Shown in pieces: positions 1 to 11,569 of a stretch of DNA of 64,000 bases. The notes below the pieces were generated by a model. It was not told the origin of the DNA. It saw only the letters and a program-made list of their open reading frames with translations, and made no database searches. The stretch is from Mobula hypostoma (taxonomy: Eukaryota), in NCBI RefSeq assembly GCF_963921235.1, contig NC_086101.1:5520001-5584000 (forward strand), written 5' to 3'. How positions within the stretch are numbered: the stretch's first letter is position 1; every line of letters starts with the position of its first letter. Both the position numbers and the translations under genes were made by a program.

Positions 1-202
1 TCCGATTTTTGAATTTTCTCCCCATCTAAATAATAATCTGCTCCATTATTTCTTCTCCCGAAATGTACAACCATACATTTGTCAATGTTGTATCTCATCT
101 GCCATTTCTTTGCCCACTCTCCTAAACTGACTAAGTCTCTCTGCAACCTTTCCGTTTCTTCAACATTTCCTGCTCCTCCACCTATCTTGGTGTCATCTGC
201 AG
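1..202 (-). mobile_element. CR1 LINE RT fragment, cut by the window edge
   Basis: Minus strand reads ADDTKIGGGAGNVEETERLQRDL...WAKKWQMRYNIDKC. Confidence 0.8.
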
Positions 203-389
203 TTCATTTTACTACACAAGGCACACTGTGTTAATTGCTGCAGTGTTAATTGAAGGCTATGCAGGGCCTTGGTATGGAATTGGGATTGGTTTATTGGTGT
301 TAATTTTTATTGTCACTTATACCAAGATACAGTGAAAGGCTTGTTTTGCCAACTGTTCACACACATCAGATCATTACACAGTGCACTGG

Positions 390-655
390 ACTGCGTTGGT
401 CATGGTCAACCATAGATATTGCGGCCTATTGATACACAAGACAGGGCAGAAACTGATACAGCAGCATCACAGGGGTTGCCCGTCAGTGTGGGACAGCCTT
501 AGGGACTCCTAAGACTTTTCCTGGGTTTTACTGCCGAAGCCTTCCCCATGAGTGGGTATCGTTGCAAGGCAGCGGAGGTCTGAGATCAGAGTTTTCCTCC
601 TCCTAGATGAGCTGCCAACCCCGGCTGATGAGCCCCATCTTCCGAAGTGACCAGT
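390..655 (-). mobile_element. RTE-derived non-autonomous element fragment
   Basis: Similar to 39245-39790; RTE 5'-UTR-like motif GGCAGCTCATCTAGGAGGAGGAAAACTCTG. Confidence 0.5.
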
Positions 656-851
656 TATGGGGAGAAGGCAGGAGATTGGGGTTGAGGGGTAAAATAAATC
701 AGCCATGTTGGGAACGGTGGCGCAGACTCGATGGGCCAAATGGCCTAATTCTGCTCCTCTGTCTCGTGGGGTTATGGACTTTACTCTAGCATGGTGCCCA
801 CTTGCATCGCAGTGGAGATAAGTTCACCCGGGAACTCTAGAGAGCACTTAC

Positions 852-1005
852 TGGTGGTGAAGGTCCGCGTGATGGCCGCTCCGAGCTGTTTGTCTTTCTG
901 GGCCTGCAGAGTCACTTCATACTCCTGACCTGATGCCAGCCCTGTCTGCTCGAAGGAGGTCTTGGAGCCCCCCAGTTTGTTGATCAGTCTGCCATCCTCT
1001 TCCTT
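852..1005 (-). CDS. tnxb: Tenascin exon, second half of the FN3 domain
   Basis: KEEDGRLINKLGGSKTSFEQTGLASGQEYEVTLQAQKDKQLGAAITRTFTT contains the FN3 GLxxGxEY motif. Acceptor CAACAG with upstream CTAAC, donor A|GTAAGT. 154 nt, phase 0-1. Confidence 0.9.
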
Positions 1006-1134
1006 CTGTTGAGGGTGATCAAAAGATCCCAATGGTTAGGTGGAGTCAGGGTCCTTGGACGCCTCTGTAGGTGGACTTAATGAATCCATGTAGGTCAGTA
1101 GCTACAGAGGTCACGGAGAAGGGCTAACATCCCT

Positions 1135-2735
1135 CAGCTGACTGGTTGCATCACCGTCTGGTAGGGGATTGTAATCTCACCCATCTCCATCGTAGGCATT
1201 AGCCTCACACCACCAAGGACGTCTTCAAAAGGTGATGCCTCAGAAAGGCAGCAGCCATCACTAAGGACATGTCCCCCTCTCATTGCTACCATCAGAGCAG
1301 AGGTATAGAGGCCTGAAGACTCACACTCAACATTTCAGGAACAGCTTTGTCTCCTCCAATGTCAGATTTCTGAATGGTCTAAGAACACGACCTCACTAAT
1401 TGCTCTCAAGGAATTCATTGTGGACTTCAGGAAGGGGAAGATGAGGGAACACACACCAGTCCTCATCGAGGAGTCAAAAGTTGGAAAGGCTGAACAGTTT
1501 CGAGTTCCCGGGTGTCAATGTCTCCGGGTCCAATGTGTTGATGCAATTACAAAGAAGGTACACCAGCGTTCGGAGTCTGCAGAGACTCCAGCAGATTTCT
1601 ACAGAGGTACTGTAGACTGGTTCCATCACCATCTGGTTTGGAGAGGCCATTGCACAAGACTGTAAAAAACTGCGGAGGGTTGTAAACGCAGCCAGCTCCA
1701 TTGTGGGCCCCAGCTTTCCCACCATTGAGGGCATCCTCAAAAGGCAGGGTCTCAGGAAGGTGGTGTCAACATTCAGGACCACCATCAAGGCGCAGCTCTC
1801 CAGTGAAAAATGATATCGTATCTGTTAAATAGGGCCCGTGGACAATTCTGATTTGATGGAGAATGGACATGAAAGCACAGAGGAACATCTGGAGAAATTT
1901 CTGAAACGCCCATTCGCTGCTGTCGTTACTGTGTGGTCGGGAATCTTTCGGAGGGTAGGCCTCAAAATCCCCGGCCTTGCCTGCTTTTGGGGACCGAGAA
2001 GGAGGTCGAATCGTTAGGACAGAGATGGTGCTCAGTACTCTGTGTCGGAGAGCTGATCAGAGCTCGAAGTTTTCGGATGACTCAGAGTTGGATTGTGGTC
2101 GGCATGGCAGGGAGAGTTTTTCTTCCTTCTCCCGTCTGCGTGAGATGTGGGACATTTGAGAGACTTTGAACTTTACTGTGCTCATGGACTTCTTCATCAA
2201 GTTATGGTATTGTTAAAGTGTTTGTAACTGTATGTTATAATTATGTGGTTTTGTTAGTTTTTTTCAGTCTTGGTCGGTCCTGTGTTTTGTGATATCACAC
2301 CGGAGGAAATAATGTATCATTTCTTAATGCATGCATTACTAAATGACAATAAAAGAGGACTGTGTGTCTTCATAATCATCATCATCACCTACTGCATGCC
2401 CTGTTCTCATTGCTACCATCCAGGAGGAGGTACAGGAGCCTGACGACACACACCCATACTTCAGAAACAGCTTCTTCCCCTCCACCATCAGATTTCTGAA
2501 TGGACTATGAACATTACCTCACTATCTTGTCCCTCTCTTTTTGCACTACATTTAAATTTTATTTGTAATATATAGTTTTTTATTATTTCTCTATTTTGCT
2601 CACTTTTCACGCTATTTCTTTCTTGCTTATATTTCTTGCTATAATTGATAGTGATTTTTACAAATTGCACTGTACTGCTACTGCGAAACAACAAATTTCT
2701 TGACCTATGTCAGATAATAAAGGTTGTTCTGATTC
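1135..2735 (+). mobile_element. Degenerate Rex1/Babar-like LINE 3' fragments, interrupted at 1789-2386
   Basis: VDFRKGKMREHTPVLIE... and LLPSGRRYRSL...RNSFFP-type coding remnants, followed by the typical 3' UTR. Confidence 0.65.
1789..2386 (+). mobile_element. Unclassified non-autonomous retroelement with a short-repeat tail
   Basis: Interrupts the host LINE at CACCATC|; ends AATAAA...CATAATCATCATC; related copy at 32343-32793 (-). Confidence 0.6.
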
Positions 2736-2924
2736 TGATAACAGACACGAGTGCTGGTTTCTTCGTAATCTTTGCTCAAGGTCTGCAGCGACAGTCCGGA
2801 CGCAGGTTCCAAACCCCTAATCCTAGGGTCGCGGCGGTGTGCTTCCGTCCTTCCAAAGGCAATACAGGTGATCTTCAGCCCCACAGCTGTGGAGGCCACG
2901 ACACCAGGAATATTTAAAGAATTA

Positions 2925-3445
2925 CTGAGGGACAGTGTGAAATTTGTTGTTTTGCGGCAGTAGTACAGAGCAATACATAAACATTTACTGTAAGTTACAG
3001 TAAGAAATATTTTTTAAAGACAAGTAGTGCTAAATGAAAGCAATGTGTTTTCAATCAGAAATCTGATGTTGGAGGGGAAGAAAGTGTTCTGGAAATGTTG
3101 AGTATGGCCTGCCTGTACCTCCACCCTGGTGGCAGTAATGAGAAAAGGGCATGTACTGGGTGCGAGGGGTCCTTTTCGAAGAATCGCCTTTTGAAGATGA
3201 TGGGGAAGCTCGTGCCCGTGATGGAACTGCTGAGTCTCTCCAGCTTTTCCTGATGCTGTGCAACTGAGGCTCCATACCAGACAGAGATGCAGCCAGTCAG
3301 AACGCTCTCCACCTGCAGAAATGTGCTTGCATCCTGGGTGACATCTCTTTAAACTTCTGATGAAACATAGCTACTGGTTTGCCTTCTTTGTAATTGCATC
3401 AATACGCTGGGCCCAGGTCAGATCTCGAGAGTTTGAAGGTTCTTG
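2925..3445 (-). mobile_element. Degenerate Rex1/Babar-like LINE 3' end
   Basis: ORF remnant ESVLTGCISVWYG...DPSHPVHALFSLLPPGWRYR. Confidence 0.65.
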
Positions 3446-3610
3446 ATTAGTTCCTGAAAGTTTACGGGGAAGGGGGAAGGGGGAAGGGAGGAGAATTGGA
3501 CTGAGAGGGAAAATAAATCAGCAATGATTGAATGGCAGAGCAGACTCCATGGGTTAGTTATGCCCCTATGTCTTCTAACCCCCTTGACCTGCCCTCCCCC
3601 CACTCCTCAC

Positions 3611-3726
3611 CAAGGGTCGGAAGGTGATCACCCAGGCATCCACGTTATCCTTAGGCAGGTCCCACTCCACTGTAGCTTTGGTTTCCAGAATCTTCTTCAT
3701 TCGGAGGCGGAGGGCCACGGGGATCT
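3611..3726 (-). CDS. tnxb: Tenascin exon, first half of an FN3 domain
   Basis: EIPVALRLRMKKILETKATVEWDLPKDNVDAWVITFRPL. Acceptor TTTGTCTGCAG, donor TTG|GTGAGG. 116 nt, phase 1-0. Confidence 0.88.
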
Positions 3727-4060
3727 CTGCAGACAAACAGGGGACAAACGCAGTCAGTGCTGCAGCCGGCCGAGAGAGTGACAAGTTCAAGTTTTGTCAT
3801 CTGAGAGTACAAATATACAAACAAACAAAACAACTTTCCTCTGGGCCTCGGTGCTCACACACAGCACATAAAACAAAATATTACCACAAGTAAGTTAATA
3901 AAATATCATTCAAAATGCAGCACAGGCAAATGGTAAACAGCTCCCCGTCCTAGTGATGAGACCTCGGTGGTGGTAGGATAATCATCAGCCCGAGGGAAGA
4001 AGCTGTTTCCCAGTCTGACAGTCCTAGTCCTGATGCTCCTGTACCTCCTTCCTGACGGTA

Positions 4061-5322
4061 GTGGGTCAGAGAGATTGTGGGACAGGCAGTGGGTCAGAGA
4101 GATTGTGTGATGAGTGGTGGGTCAGAGAGACTGTGGGACGGGTGGTGGGTCAGAGAGATTGTGGGACAGGCGGTGGGTCAGAGAGATTGTGTGATGAGTG
4201 GTGGGTCAGAGAGACTGTGGGACGGGTGGTGGGTCAGAGAGATTGTGGGACGGGTGGTGGGTCACAGAGACTGTGGGACGGGTGGTGGGTCACAGAGACT
4301 GTGGGACGGGTGGTAGGTCACAGATTGTGGGACGGGCGGTGGGTCAGAGAGATTGTGGGGTGGGCGGTGGGTCACAGAGACTGTGGGATGGGTGGTGGGT
4401 CACAGAGATTGCGTGACGGGTGGTGGGTCAGAGAGATTGTGGGACGGGTGGTGGGTCAGAGAGATGGTGGGGTGGGTGGTGGGTCACAGAGACTGTGGGA
4501 TGGGTGGTGGGTCAGAGAGATTGCGTGACGGGTGGTGGGTGGTGGGTCACAGAGACTGTGGGATAGGTGGTGGGTCAGAGAGATTGTGTGACGGGTGGTG
4601 GGTCAGAGAGATTGTGGGACGGGTGGTGGGTCAGAGAGATTGTGGGGTGGGTGGTAGGTCACAGAGACTGTGGGACGAGTGGTGGGTCACAGACTGTGGG
4701 ACGGGTGGTGGGTCACAGAGACTGTGGGACGGGTGGTGGGTGAGAGAGATTGTGGGACGGGCGGTGGGTCAGAGAGACTGTGTGACGGGTGGTGGGTCAG
4801 AGAGATTGTGGGACGGGTGGTGGGTCAGAGAGATTGTGGGATGGGTGGTGGGTCAGAGAGACTGTGGGACGGGTGGTGGGTGAGAGAGATTGTGGGACGG
4901 GTGGTGGGTGAGAGAGATTGTGGGATGGGTGGTGGGTCACAGACTGTGGGACGGGTGGTGGGTCACAGAGACTGTGGGACGGGTGGTGGGTGAGAGAGAT
5001 TGTGGGACGGGTGGTGGGTGAGAGAGATTGTGGGATGGGTGGTGGGTCAGAGAGACTGTGGGACGGGTGGTGGGTCAGAGAGATTGTGTGACGGGTGGTG
5101 GGTCAGAGAGATTGTGGGACGGGTGGTGGGTCAGAGAGATTGTGGGGTGGGTGGTAGGTCACAGAGACTGTGGGACGAGTGGTGGGTCACAGACTGTGGG
5201 ACGGGTGGTGGGTCACAGAGACTGTGGGACGGGTGGTGGGTGAGAGAGATTGTGGGACGGGTGGTGGGTCAGAGAGATTGTGGGATGGGTGGTGGGTCAG
5301 AGAGACTGTGGGACGGGTGGTA
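4061..5322. repeat. Minisatellite, 28-bp unit GTGGGTCAGAGAGATTGTGGGACGGGTG, about 45 units, inside a Rex1-like LINE fragment (~3785-5550, minus)
   Basis: Period directly visible (4061, 4089, ...); flanks are LINE-derived. Confidence 0.95.
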
Positions 5323-6548
5323 GGGATCATCAACAATGCTTCAGGCCCTTCGCCTGCAATGCAGCCGGTAGATGTCACAAATAGGGGAAGAAAGACCCCA
5401 GTGATATTCTCAGCAGTTAATCTGTAGGGTCTTGTGATCCAATACCTTGCAAATTCCATACCGTACTACACAATGACACAGCCTGACAGGACACTCTCAA
5501 CAGTGGTTCCTGCAGGAAGTTGTGAGAATGAGGGACCCCATTCACTCCTCTTGGCCTCAATCGATCTGCACCAGGAGACCTGCCTGGCCAAATCCAATGT
5601 TCATCTGTGTGTCTGAATATTTCAGTGTAAATGTGACAAATAAAGCTAATCTTTACCATCCCGCCTCTCCCAAAGGTGAGCTGTTAGCTTGGTCTGAGTG
5701 ACCTCAGTGTAGGTTAACGGCTAAAAGAACCAAAGGAGGGAGGTGGCACCTGGGAGGGGGAACAAGTTGTAGAGCTACAGGGAAGTAAGGAGAAGCCTCG
5801 TGGGAGTCAGCATGGATCCAGTGGGCAGAATGGCCTCCTAGAGATAGAAGGTAAAGATTACACACAGGAACTCTGGAGCCTTGAGGTGGTACCTTCCCCT
5901 TCGCCTGGTCTCACCTATCACTTCAAAGTAAATTTAATATCAAAGTACATATACGTTACCACATACAACCACGAGATTTCCTGTGGGCATACACAGTGAA
6001 TCCAAAATACACAATAAAATCATTGAAAGGATGGGTGGGGGAGAGGGAATGAAGTCGGAAGCTGGGAGGAGTTAGGTGGAAAAGATAAAGGGTGACGCAC
6101 ACAAAATGCGGGAAGAACTCAGAAGGTCAGGTAGCACCCGTGGAGAGGAATAAACTGTTGATGTTTCTGGCCAAGACCTTCATTGAGACTAGAAAAATCC
6201 TACAAAAGGAGGTAGGTTTGGCCCAGACCATCACAGGTAAAGCCCTCGCAAGCACTGAGCACGTCTACAGGAAAGACTGTCACAGGAAAGCAGCATCCAT
6301 CATCAGGGACCCCGACCAGCCAGGGCACGCGCAGTGCTCACTGCTGCCATCAGGAAGAAGGAGCAGGAGCCTCAGGACCCACACCTCCAGGTTCACCCCT
6401 CAACCATCAGGCTTTCAAACACAAGGGGATGACTTCACTTGTCCCATCATCAAAATGTTCTCACAACCTGTGGACTCACAGGGTCTCTTCAGCTCATCTT
6501 CTTGATATTTATTGCTTATTTATTTATTATTGTCTCTTCTTTGAGTAT

Positions 6549-7076
6549 TCACTTGGAGTACTGTGTCCAGTTCTGGTCACCTCACTATAGGAAGGATGTG
6601 GAAGCATTGGAAAGGGTACAGAGGAGATTTACCAGGATGCTGCCTGGTTTAGAGAGTATGCATTATGATCAGAGATTAAGGGAGCTCGGGCTTTACTCTT
6701 TGGAGAGGAGGATGAGAGGAGACATGATAGAGGTGTACAAGATAATAAGAGGAATAGATAGGGTGGATAGCCAGCGCCTCTTCCCCAGGGCACCACTGCT
6801 CAATACAAGAGGACATGGCTTTAAGGTAACGGGTGGGAAGTTCAAGGGGGATATTAGAGGAAGGTTTTTCACTCAGAGAGTGGTTGGTGTGTGGAATGCA
6901 CTGCCTGAGTCAGTGGTGGAGGCAGATACACTATTGAAGTTTAAGAGACTACTAGACAGGTATATGGAGGAATTTAAGGTGGGGGCTTATATGGGAGGCA
7001 GGGTTTGAGGGTCAGCACAACATTGTGGGCCGAAGGGCCTGTACTGTGCTGTACTTTTCTATGTTCTATGTTCTAT
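6549..7076 (+). mobile_element. Young 5'-truncated CR1 LINE
   Basis: HLEYCVQFWSPHYRKDVEALERVQRRFTRML...; TTCTATG tail; near-identical to the 41 kb and 48 kb copies. Confidence 0.9.
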
Positions 7077-7596
7077 ATTTGCACAGTTTGTTGTCTTCTG
7101 CATTCTGGTTGAACACACTAACTGGGTGGTCTTTCACTGATTCTGTTAATAGTTATTATTCTGTAGATTTGTGAGTATGCCCGCAAGAAAACGAATCTGG
7201 GGGTTGTGTATGGTGAGATACTCTATCTGAACTTTGACAATAAATTGACTTTGAACTTTGAAAAGATGGGGGGCAGAGGGCAGAATGGGAAGGCGGGAAG
7301 AGGGGAGGAGTGGAAGCTGGCAAGCGACAGGGAAGTTGGGTGAATGGGTGGGGCGGGGGAAATGAAGTGAGAAGCTGTGAAGGAAAGGGTTAAAGGAATT
7401 GTGGGCTGAAGAAGAGGGAAAATACTTTGAGAAGAAATGCTTAAGAGTCTGATTATCTTAAACACAAGAGACCCTTCATCGGGACTGGGAAGGTTAGGAC
7501 GGAGGAAACAAGAAGCATGGCACCAGTCGGCCCCAGCCACGTCCCGCCTTCAATCCTGGGGCGGGAAGTCAGCGCTTCACCCAGACGCAGCCTTAC

Positions 7597-8082
7597 CCAC
7601 GGAGCAGTCCTCGCCGGTGAAACCGTCCTTGCAGGCGCATTTCCCGCTCACACAGCGGCCGCGGCTGCTGCACTGGTTTGGGCAGGCCGTGACGCCGCAG
7701 CGGGGCCCCGAGTACCCTGGCTGGCAGACGCACTTCCCGCCGATGCACTCGCCGTGGCCTTTGCAGTCGTCCGGGCACGGCTTCTTCTCCTCTTCCGTGC
7801 AGCCGTAGCCGGTGTAGCCGGGGAAGCAGACGCAGCGGTCGTCGATGCAGCGGCCCTGGTCGTTGCAGTCGGCGGGGCAGGCCTCCTGGCTGCAGTCGGG
7901 CCCCGTGTAGCCCGAGCGGCAGACGCAGCGCCCGCCCGAGCACTCCCCCCTCGGTGGGCGGCAGCTCGGCGGGCAGGAGGGCTCCGAGCAGGTGGGGCCG
8001 CGCCAGCCCTCCTCGCAGACGCAGACGCAGCTGGAGGGGCTGAGGGTCCCATGGGCGCCACAGTCCGGTGCCGATTCCGAAC
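7597..8082 (-). CDS. tnxb: Tenascin exon encoding 4.5 tenascin-type EGF-like repeats
   Basis: CPxxCxxxGxCxxxxCxCxxGY/FxGxxC repeats. Acceptor CTAAC...TTTCCTAG|GT at 8083/8082, donor G|GTAAGG at 7597/7596. 486 nt, phase 1-1, in frame with the previous exon. Confidence 0.93.
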
Positions 8083-8454
8083 CTAGGAAAGAGGTGGAAG
8101 GCACGGTTAGGAGGGGAGAGGGGTCTGAGGCAGCCCACACCCTCACCCGCGTCCATGCTTCCCCACCCCTTAACCGTCCCTTTCCTCCGAATTACACAAC
8201 CTGAACCACTGCCCTCACTCCTCATCCCTCTATTCCCTCTCCCAACACTGCCCCAAGCTATTGCCCTCTGCACCGCCCTCTCCCTCACGCCGCTCACTCT
8301 GCACCCCCACTATTCCTCTCCCTCTCCTTCCCGTGCCCTACTCCTCTCTCTTGCACCGTCTCTGACGCGACTCATCTGTACCTCCCGATTTGTCCTCATC
8401 CTCTTCCCTCTTCAGCCCCCTTCCTCATCTCTCTCACACACACACACAGAGTCT

Positions 8455-9272
8455 TCTCTTCTCTCTCTTCGGTTGTGAAATACGATGACGACGTCCACTC
8501 CTTTCACGATGAGATCTTTGATGACTATACAGTCCTATCCTGGACCCACAAGCTCTATTGCAGGTGGGACATGTATATGTGGTGGTGGTGGCAACCATGG
8601 CTGCATTTCTCCTGGCTCTCTTCTGCTGTCTTCTGGTTGTTCTTTCCATCTCCAGGATACGAACCCCGTCCCTACGCAGCTGTCACCAAGTGGTACAGTC
8701 AGCAGCAACATCCTCCAGGTCCTCGGGTCTAATCTTTCACTTCCTTAAAGCATTCTTCATCTGATCCTTATAGCACTTCTTCGGCCCTCCAGCTGAGCGT
8801 CGACCATGATGTATCTGGCCGTATAACACTCTGCAGGGTAGCCGACATGGACATCCTTATCACGTGCCCCAGCCACTGCAGCTGACGCTGCGTGATCATG
8901 GCCTCAATACTTCTGCAGTTGGTCTTTACAAGTATCTCAGTGTGAGGCACCAGCTCACCCCAGGTAATTCCCAGGATGTGCTGGAGGCAGCTTATGTGGA
9001 AGCGCACCAAGGACTTGATGTGACGGCTGTAGGTTACCCAAGCTTCACAGCTATAAAGGAGGGTGGTGACACAGACTGCTTGGTATACGGCGACCTTTGT
9101 GGAGGGACGAAGGCTCCTGTTCTGAAATACTCCACGCTGAAGTCTCCCAAAGGCAGCTGATGCCTGTTTAATGCGGCTCTGGATGTCATCAATGCCGCTA
9201 TCCTCAGAGAGAATGCTCCCCAGATATTTGAAAGATGGCAGTGACAGCTTTTCATCACCAACAGTGAAGGCA
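8455..9272 (-). mobile_element. RTE-clade LINE 3' portion, degenerate
   Basis: FHISCLQHILGITW...RQLQWLGHVIRM and C-terminal zinc finger CPTCNRACGSRIGLYSHQRSH; (GA)n tail. Confidence 0.85.
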
Positions 9273-9681
9273 GGTGATGAAAATCAATCTCTCTATCTCC
9301 CCTTCCTCCCTCCCTCCCTCCTACAAGGATGTTTTGAGCGAGCTAGGGTTTTTCTTTTCCCTGTTAAGTGGAACGAGAAATGACCTGACAGAGGTGCACA
9401 TACAAAATGCTGGAGGAACACAGCAGCATCTAGGAAAGGAGTACAGTGGACTTGTCGGATGGTCTCATCATTGTGGGCTGAGAGGACTGTACTCGGCTGT
9501 ACTGATCTATGTTCTAATCCTCAGTCCAGGGAGTGAAGTTCCCAAAATCCATGGCTCTCATTACCACAGAGAGATTGTCCCTCACTCAGAAGGGTTGAGG
9601 TTAACCTCTGACCTTGCAGACAGACGTATGAAAAAAAATCCCATAATGCTGCCTGGAGTAGGTTAACAGGTCACTCAGAGG

Positions 9682-9890
9682 GCCACACGGTAGCGTAGCA
9701 GTCAGCACACTGTGTCACAGCACCAGGAACCCGGGTTCAGTTCCCGCTGCTGCCTGTAACCGCGTGCGTCTCTCCTGATGCTCCCGTTTCCTCACACCAT
9801 ACAGTTGTACGGGTTAGCGGGTAATTGCTCACATGGGTGTAATTGGATGTCGTGGGAGGACCTGAAACTGAGCTGTATCTCTGAATAAAT
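9682..9890 (+). mobile_element. tRNA-derived V-SINE (HE1/HER1-like)
   Basis: CACGGTAGCGTAG head, GGTTCAGTTCC B-box, V-domain-like GCTCCCGTTTCCTC. Further copies near 11480-11930, 15085-15310, 21400-21670, 23030-23265(-), 33290-33530, 37570-37705 and 51760-51915(-). Confidence 0.65.
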
Positions 9891-9947
9891 TTAAATTAAT
9901 TAACATCATGAGCTGAGGGGCCTATATTGTGCAGTAAGCTCTTCCAG

Positions 9948-10800
9948 TGTCCCCCCCGCCCCACCCAGTCTCCTCATGTTCCCCCCCTTGCCCCACCCAG
10001 TCTCCTCATGTTCCCCCCCTCACCCCACCCAGTCTCCTCACATTCCCCCCACCTGCCCCACCCAGTCTCGCCCCGTGTTAGGGAGGTCTGTAATGTTCTT
10101 GTGTTCCTCCCTGCCCCACCCAGTCTCACCCGTGTTAGGGAGGTCTGTAATGTTCTTGTGTGTCCCCCATCCAGTCTCACCCGTGTTAGACAGGGCTGTA
10201 ATATTCTTGTGTTCCTCCCTGCCCCATCCAGTCTCGCCCCATGTTAGGGAGGTCTGTAATGTTCTCATGTTCCTCCCCGCCCCACCCAGTCTCGCCCTGT
10301 GTTAGACAGAGCTGTAATATTCTCGTCTGTCCCCCACCCCGTCTTGCCCGTGTTAGACAGGACTGTAATATTCTGGTGCGTCCCCCATCCAGTCTCACCA
10401 CGTGTTAGACAGGGCTGTAATATTCTCCTATTCCTCCCTGTCCCACCCAGTCTCGCCCCGAGTTAGACAGGGCTGTAATATTCTCGTATTCCTCCCCATC
10501 CCTCCCAGTCTCGCCCCGAGTTAGAGAGGGCTGTGATGTTCTCATGTGTCCCCCACCCTTGCCCCACCCAGTCTCGCTCGTGTTAGGGCTGTGATGTTCT
10601 CATGTGTCCCCCACCCAGTCTCGCCCCGTGTTAGACAGGGCTGTAATATTCTCGTGTTCCTCCCTGCCCCATCCAGTCTCGCCCGTGTTAGACAGGGCTG
10701 TGATGTTCTCATGTGTCCCCGACCCACCCAGTCTCGCCCCGTGTTAGACAGAGCTGTAATATTCTCGTCTGTCCTCCGCCCAGTCTCGCCCATGTTAGAC
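9948..10800. repeat. Minisatellite, ~53-58-bp unit CCCCACCCAGTCTCGCCCCGTGTTAGACAGGGCTGTAATATTCTC..., with shorter units at the left end
   Basis: Tandem units directly visible; ends ~65 bp from the exon donor. Confidence 0.9.
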
Positions 10801-10865
10801 GGGGCTCTGGTGTCCCCACTCCGGGAGCTGTTCCACCGGCCGGCACAGCCACCCAGCTCACTCAC

Positions 10866-11274
10866 CGCAACACTGGCTGCTGGAACACCGCTTGCGCAGG
10901 TTGGCGACCTCCTTCTCCAGAGCCTGCAGGCGCCGCTGCAGGGCCGACACATCTCCGCAGCCGCAGGCCTGTGGCGGGATGTTGATCCTGTGGGTGAAGA
11001 CCACCGGCTTGGTGTGGTCCAGGACGTGCTCGAACTGCTTGTCGCCCGGCGCCTCGTCTCGGGCCTCGAAGACCCGCGCCCGGGGCCTGGAGACATCGAC
11101 CGCGCAGGAGCGGCAGCCCGGCAACTGGATGGTGTAGACGTGGTCGAAGGTGGTGGTGGCGTTGGCCAGAACATCCCGCCGCTGGCGGATGGTGGTCCGG
11201 AAGAGGCCGCAATCGCCCACGTCCAGGGTGGAGGCAGCCAGCATCAGGAGCAGGATGCGCAAGGCGGGCTTCAT
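10866..11274 (-). CDS. tnxb: Tenascin (probably tenascin-X) first coding exon: signal peptide, furin-like RQRR, tenascin assembly domain with heptad repeat
   Basis: ORF MKPALRILLLMLAA...FDHVYTIQLP...VVFTHRINIPPQACGC...LQRRLQALEKEVANLRKRC..CC matches the tenascin N-terminal signature. In-frame TGA at 11313-11311 upstream of the ATG. Acceptor ACTAAC...TCTTTCCATCCTGTAG puts the exon start at 11373. Donor G|GTGAGT at 10866/10865, phase 1. Confidence 0.9.
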
Positions 11275-11373
11275 CTCTGGAGCTTCAGGAAAGGCAGGAA
11301 TGTCCAGGCTTCAGCCGGCGGGCAAGGGGAGCTTGCAGCCCAACAGCCTCGCACCGCAACTGCACCACGCTTG
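11275..11373 (-). other. tnxb: 5' UTR portion of the first coding exon; implies an upstream non-coding exon
   Basis: Strong branch point, polypyrimidine tract and AG at 11400-11374; no ATG between the acceptor and the start codon. Confidence 0.7.
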
Positions 11374-11569
11374 CTACAGGATGGAAAGATAGTGGTTAGT
11401 GCGAGCGGCTGTGAGAACAGCTTCTCACCTCCAGACCAGGAGGCTGAGGGTCTGAATCCCGACATCCACACTCCTCCGCGAGGGGAACTCCCTGGCAGTG
11501 CCATACTACCGTAGATCACTGCCTCGGAGTTCAATTCCGGCATCCTCCGTGAGAAAGTTGGTACATGAG

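Noticed and set aside
2705..2899. Minus-strand peptide with FN3-like IRGLEPA in the intron between the FN3 half-exons
   Set aside because: Lacks the conserved Tyr and a convincing acceptor or donor; partly CR1-derived; the flanking exons already join in phase.
7437..8297. Several overlapping long ORFs around the EGF exon
   Set aside because: Alternative frames stay open because of high GC content; only the Cys-rich frame has compatible splice sites.
10546..11514. 322-aa plus-strand ORF
   Set aside because: Antisense shadow of a GC-rich exon plus minisatellite; no recognisable domain.
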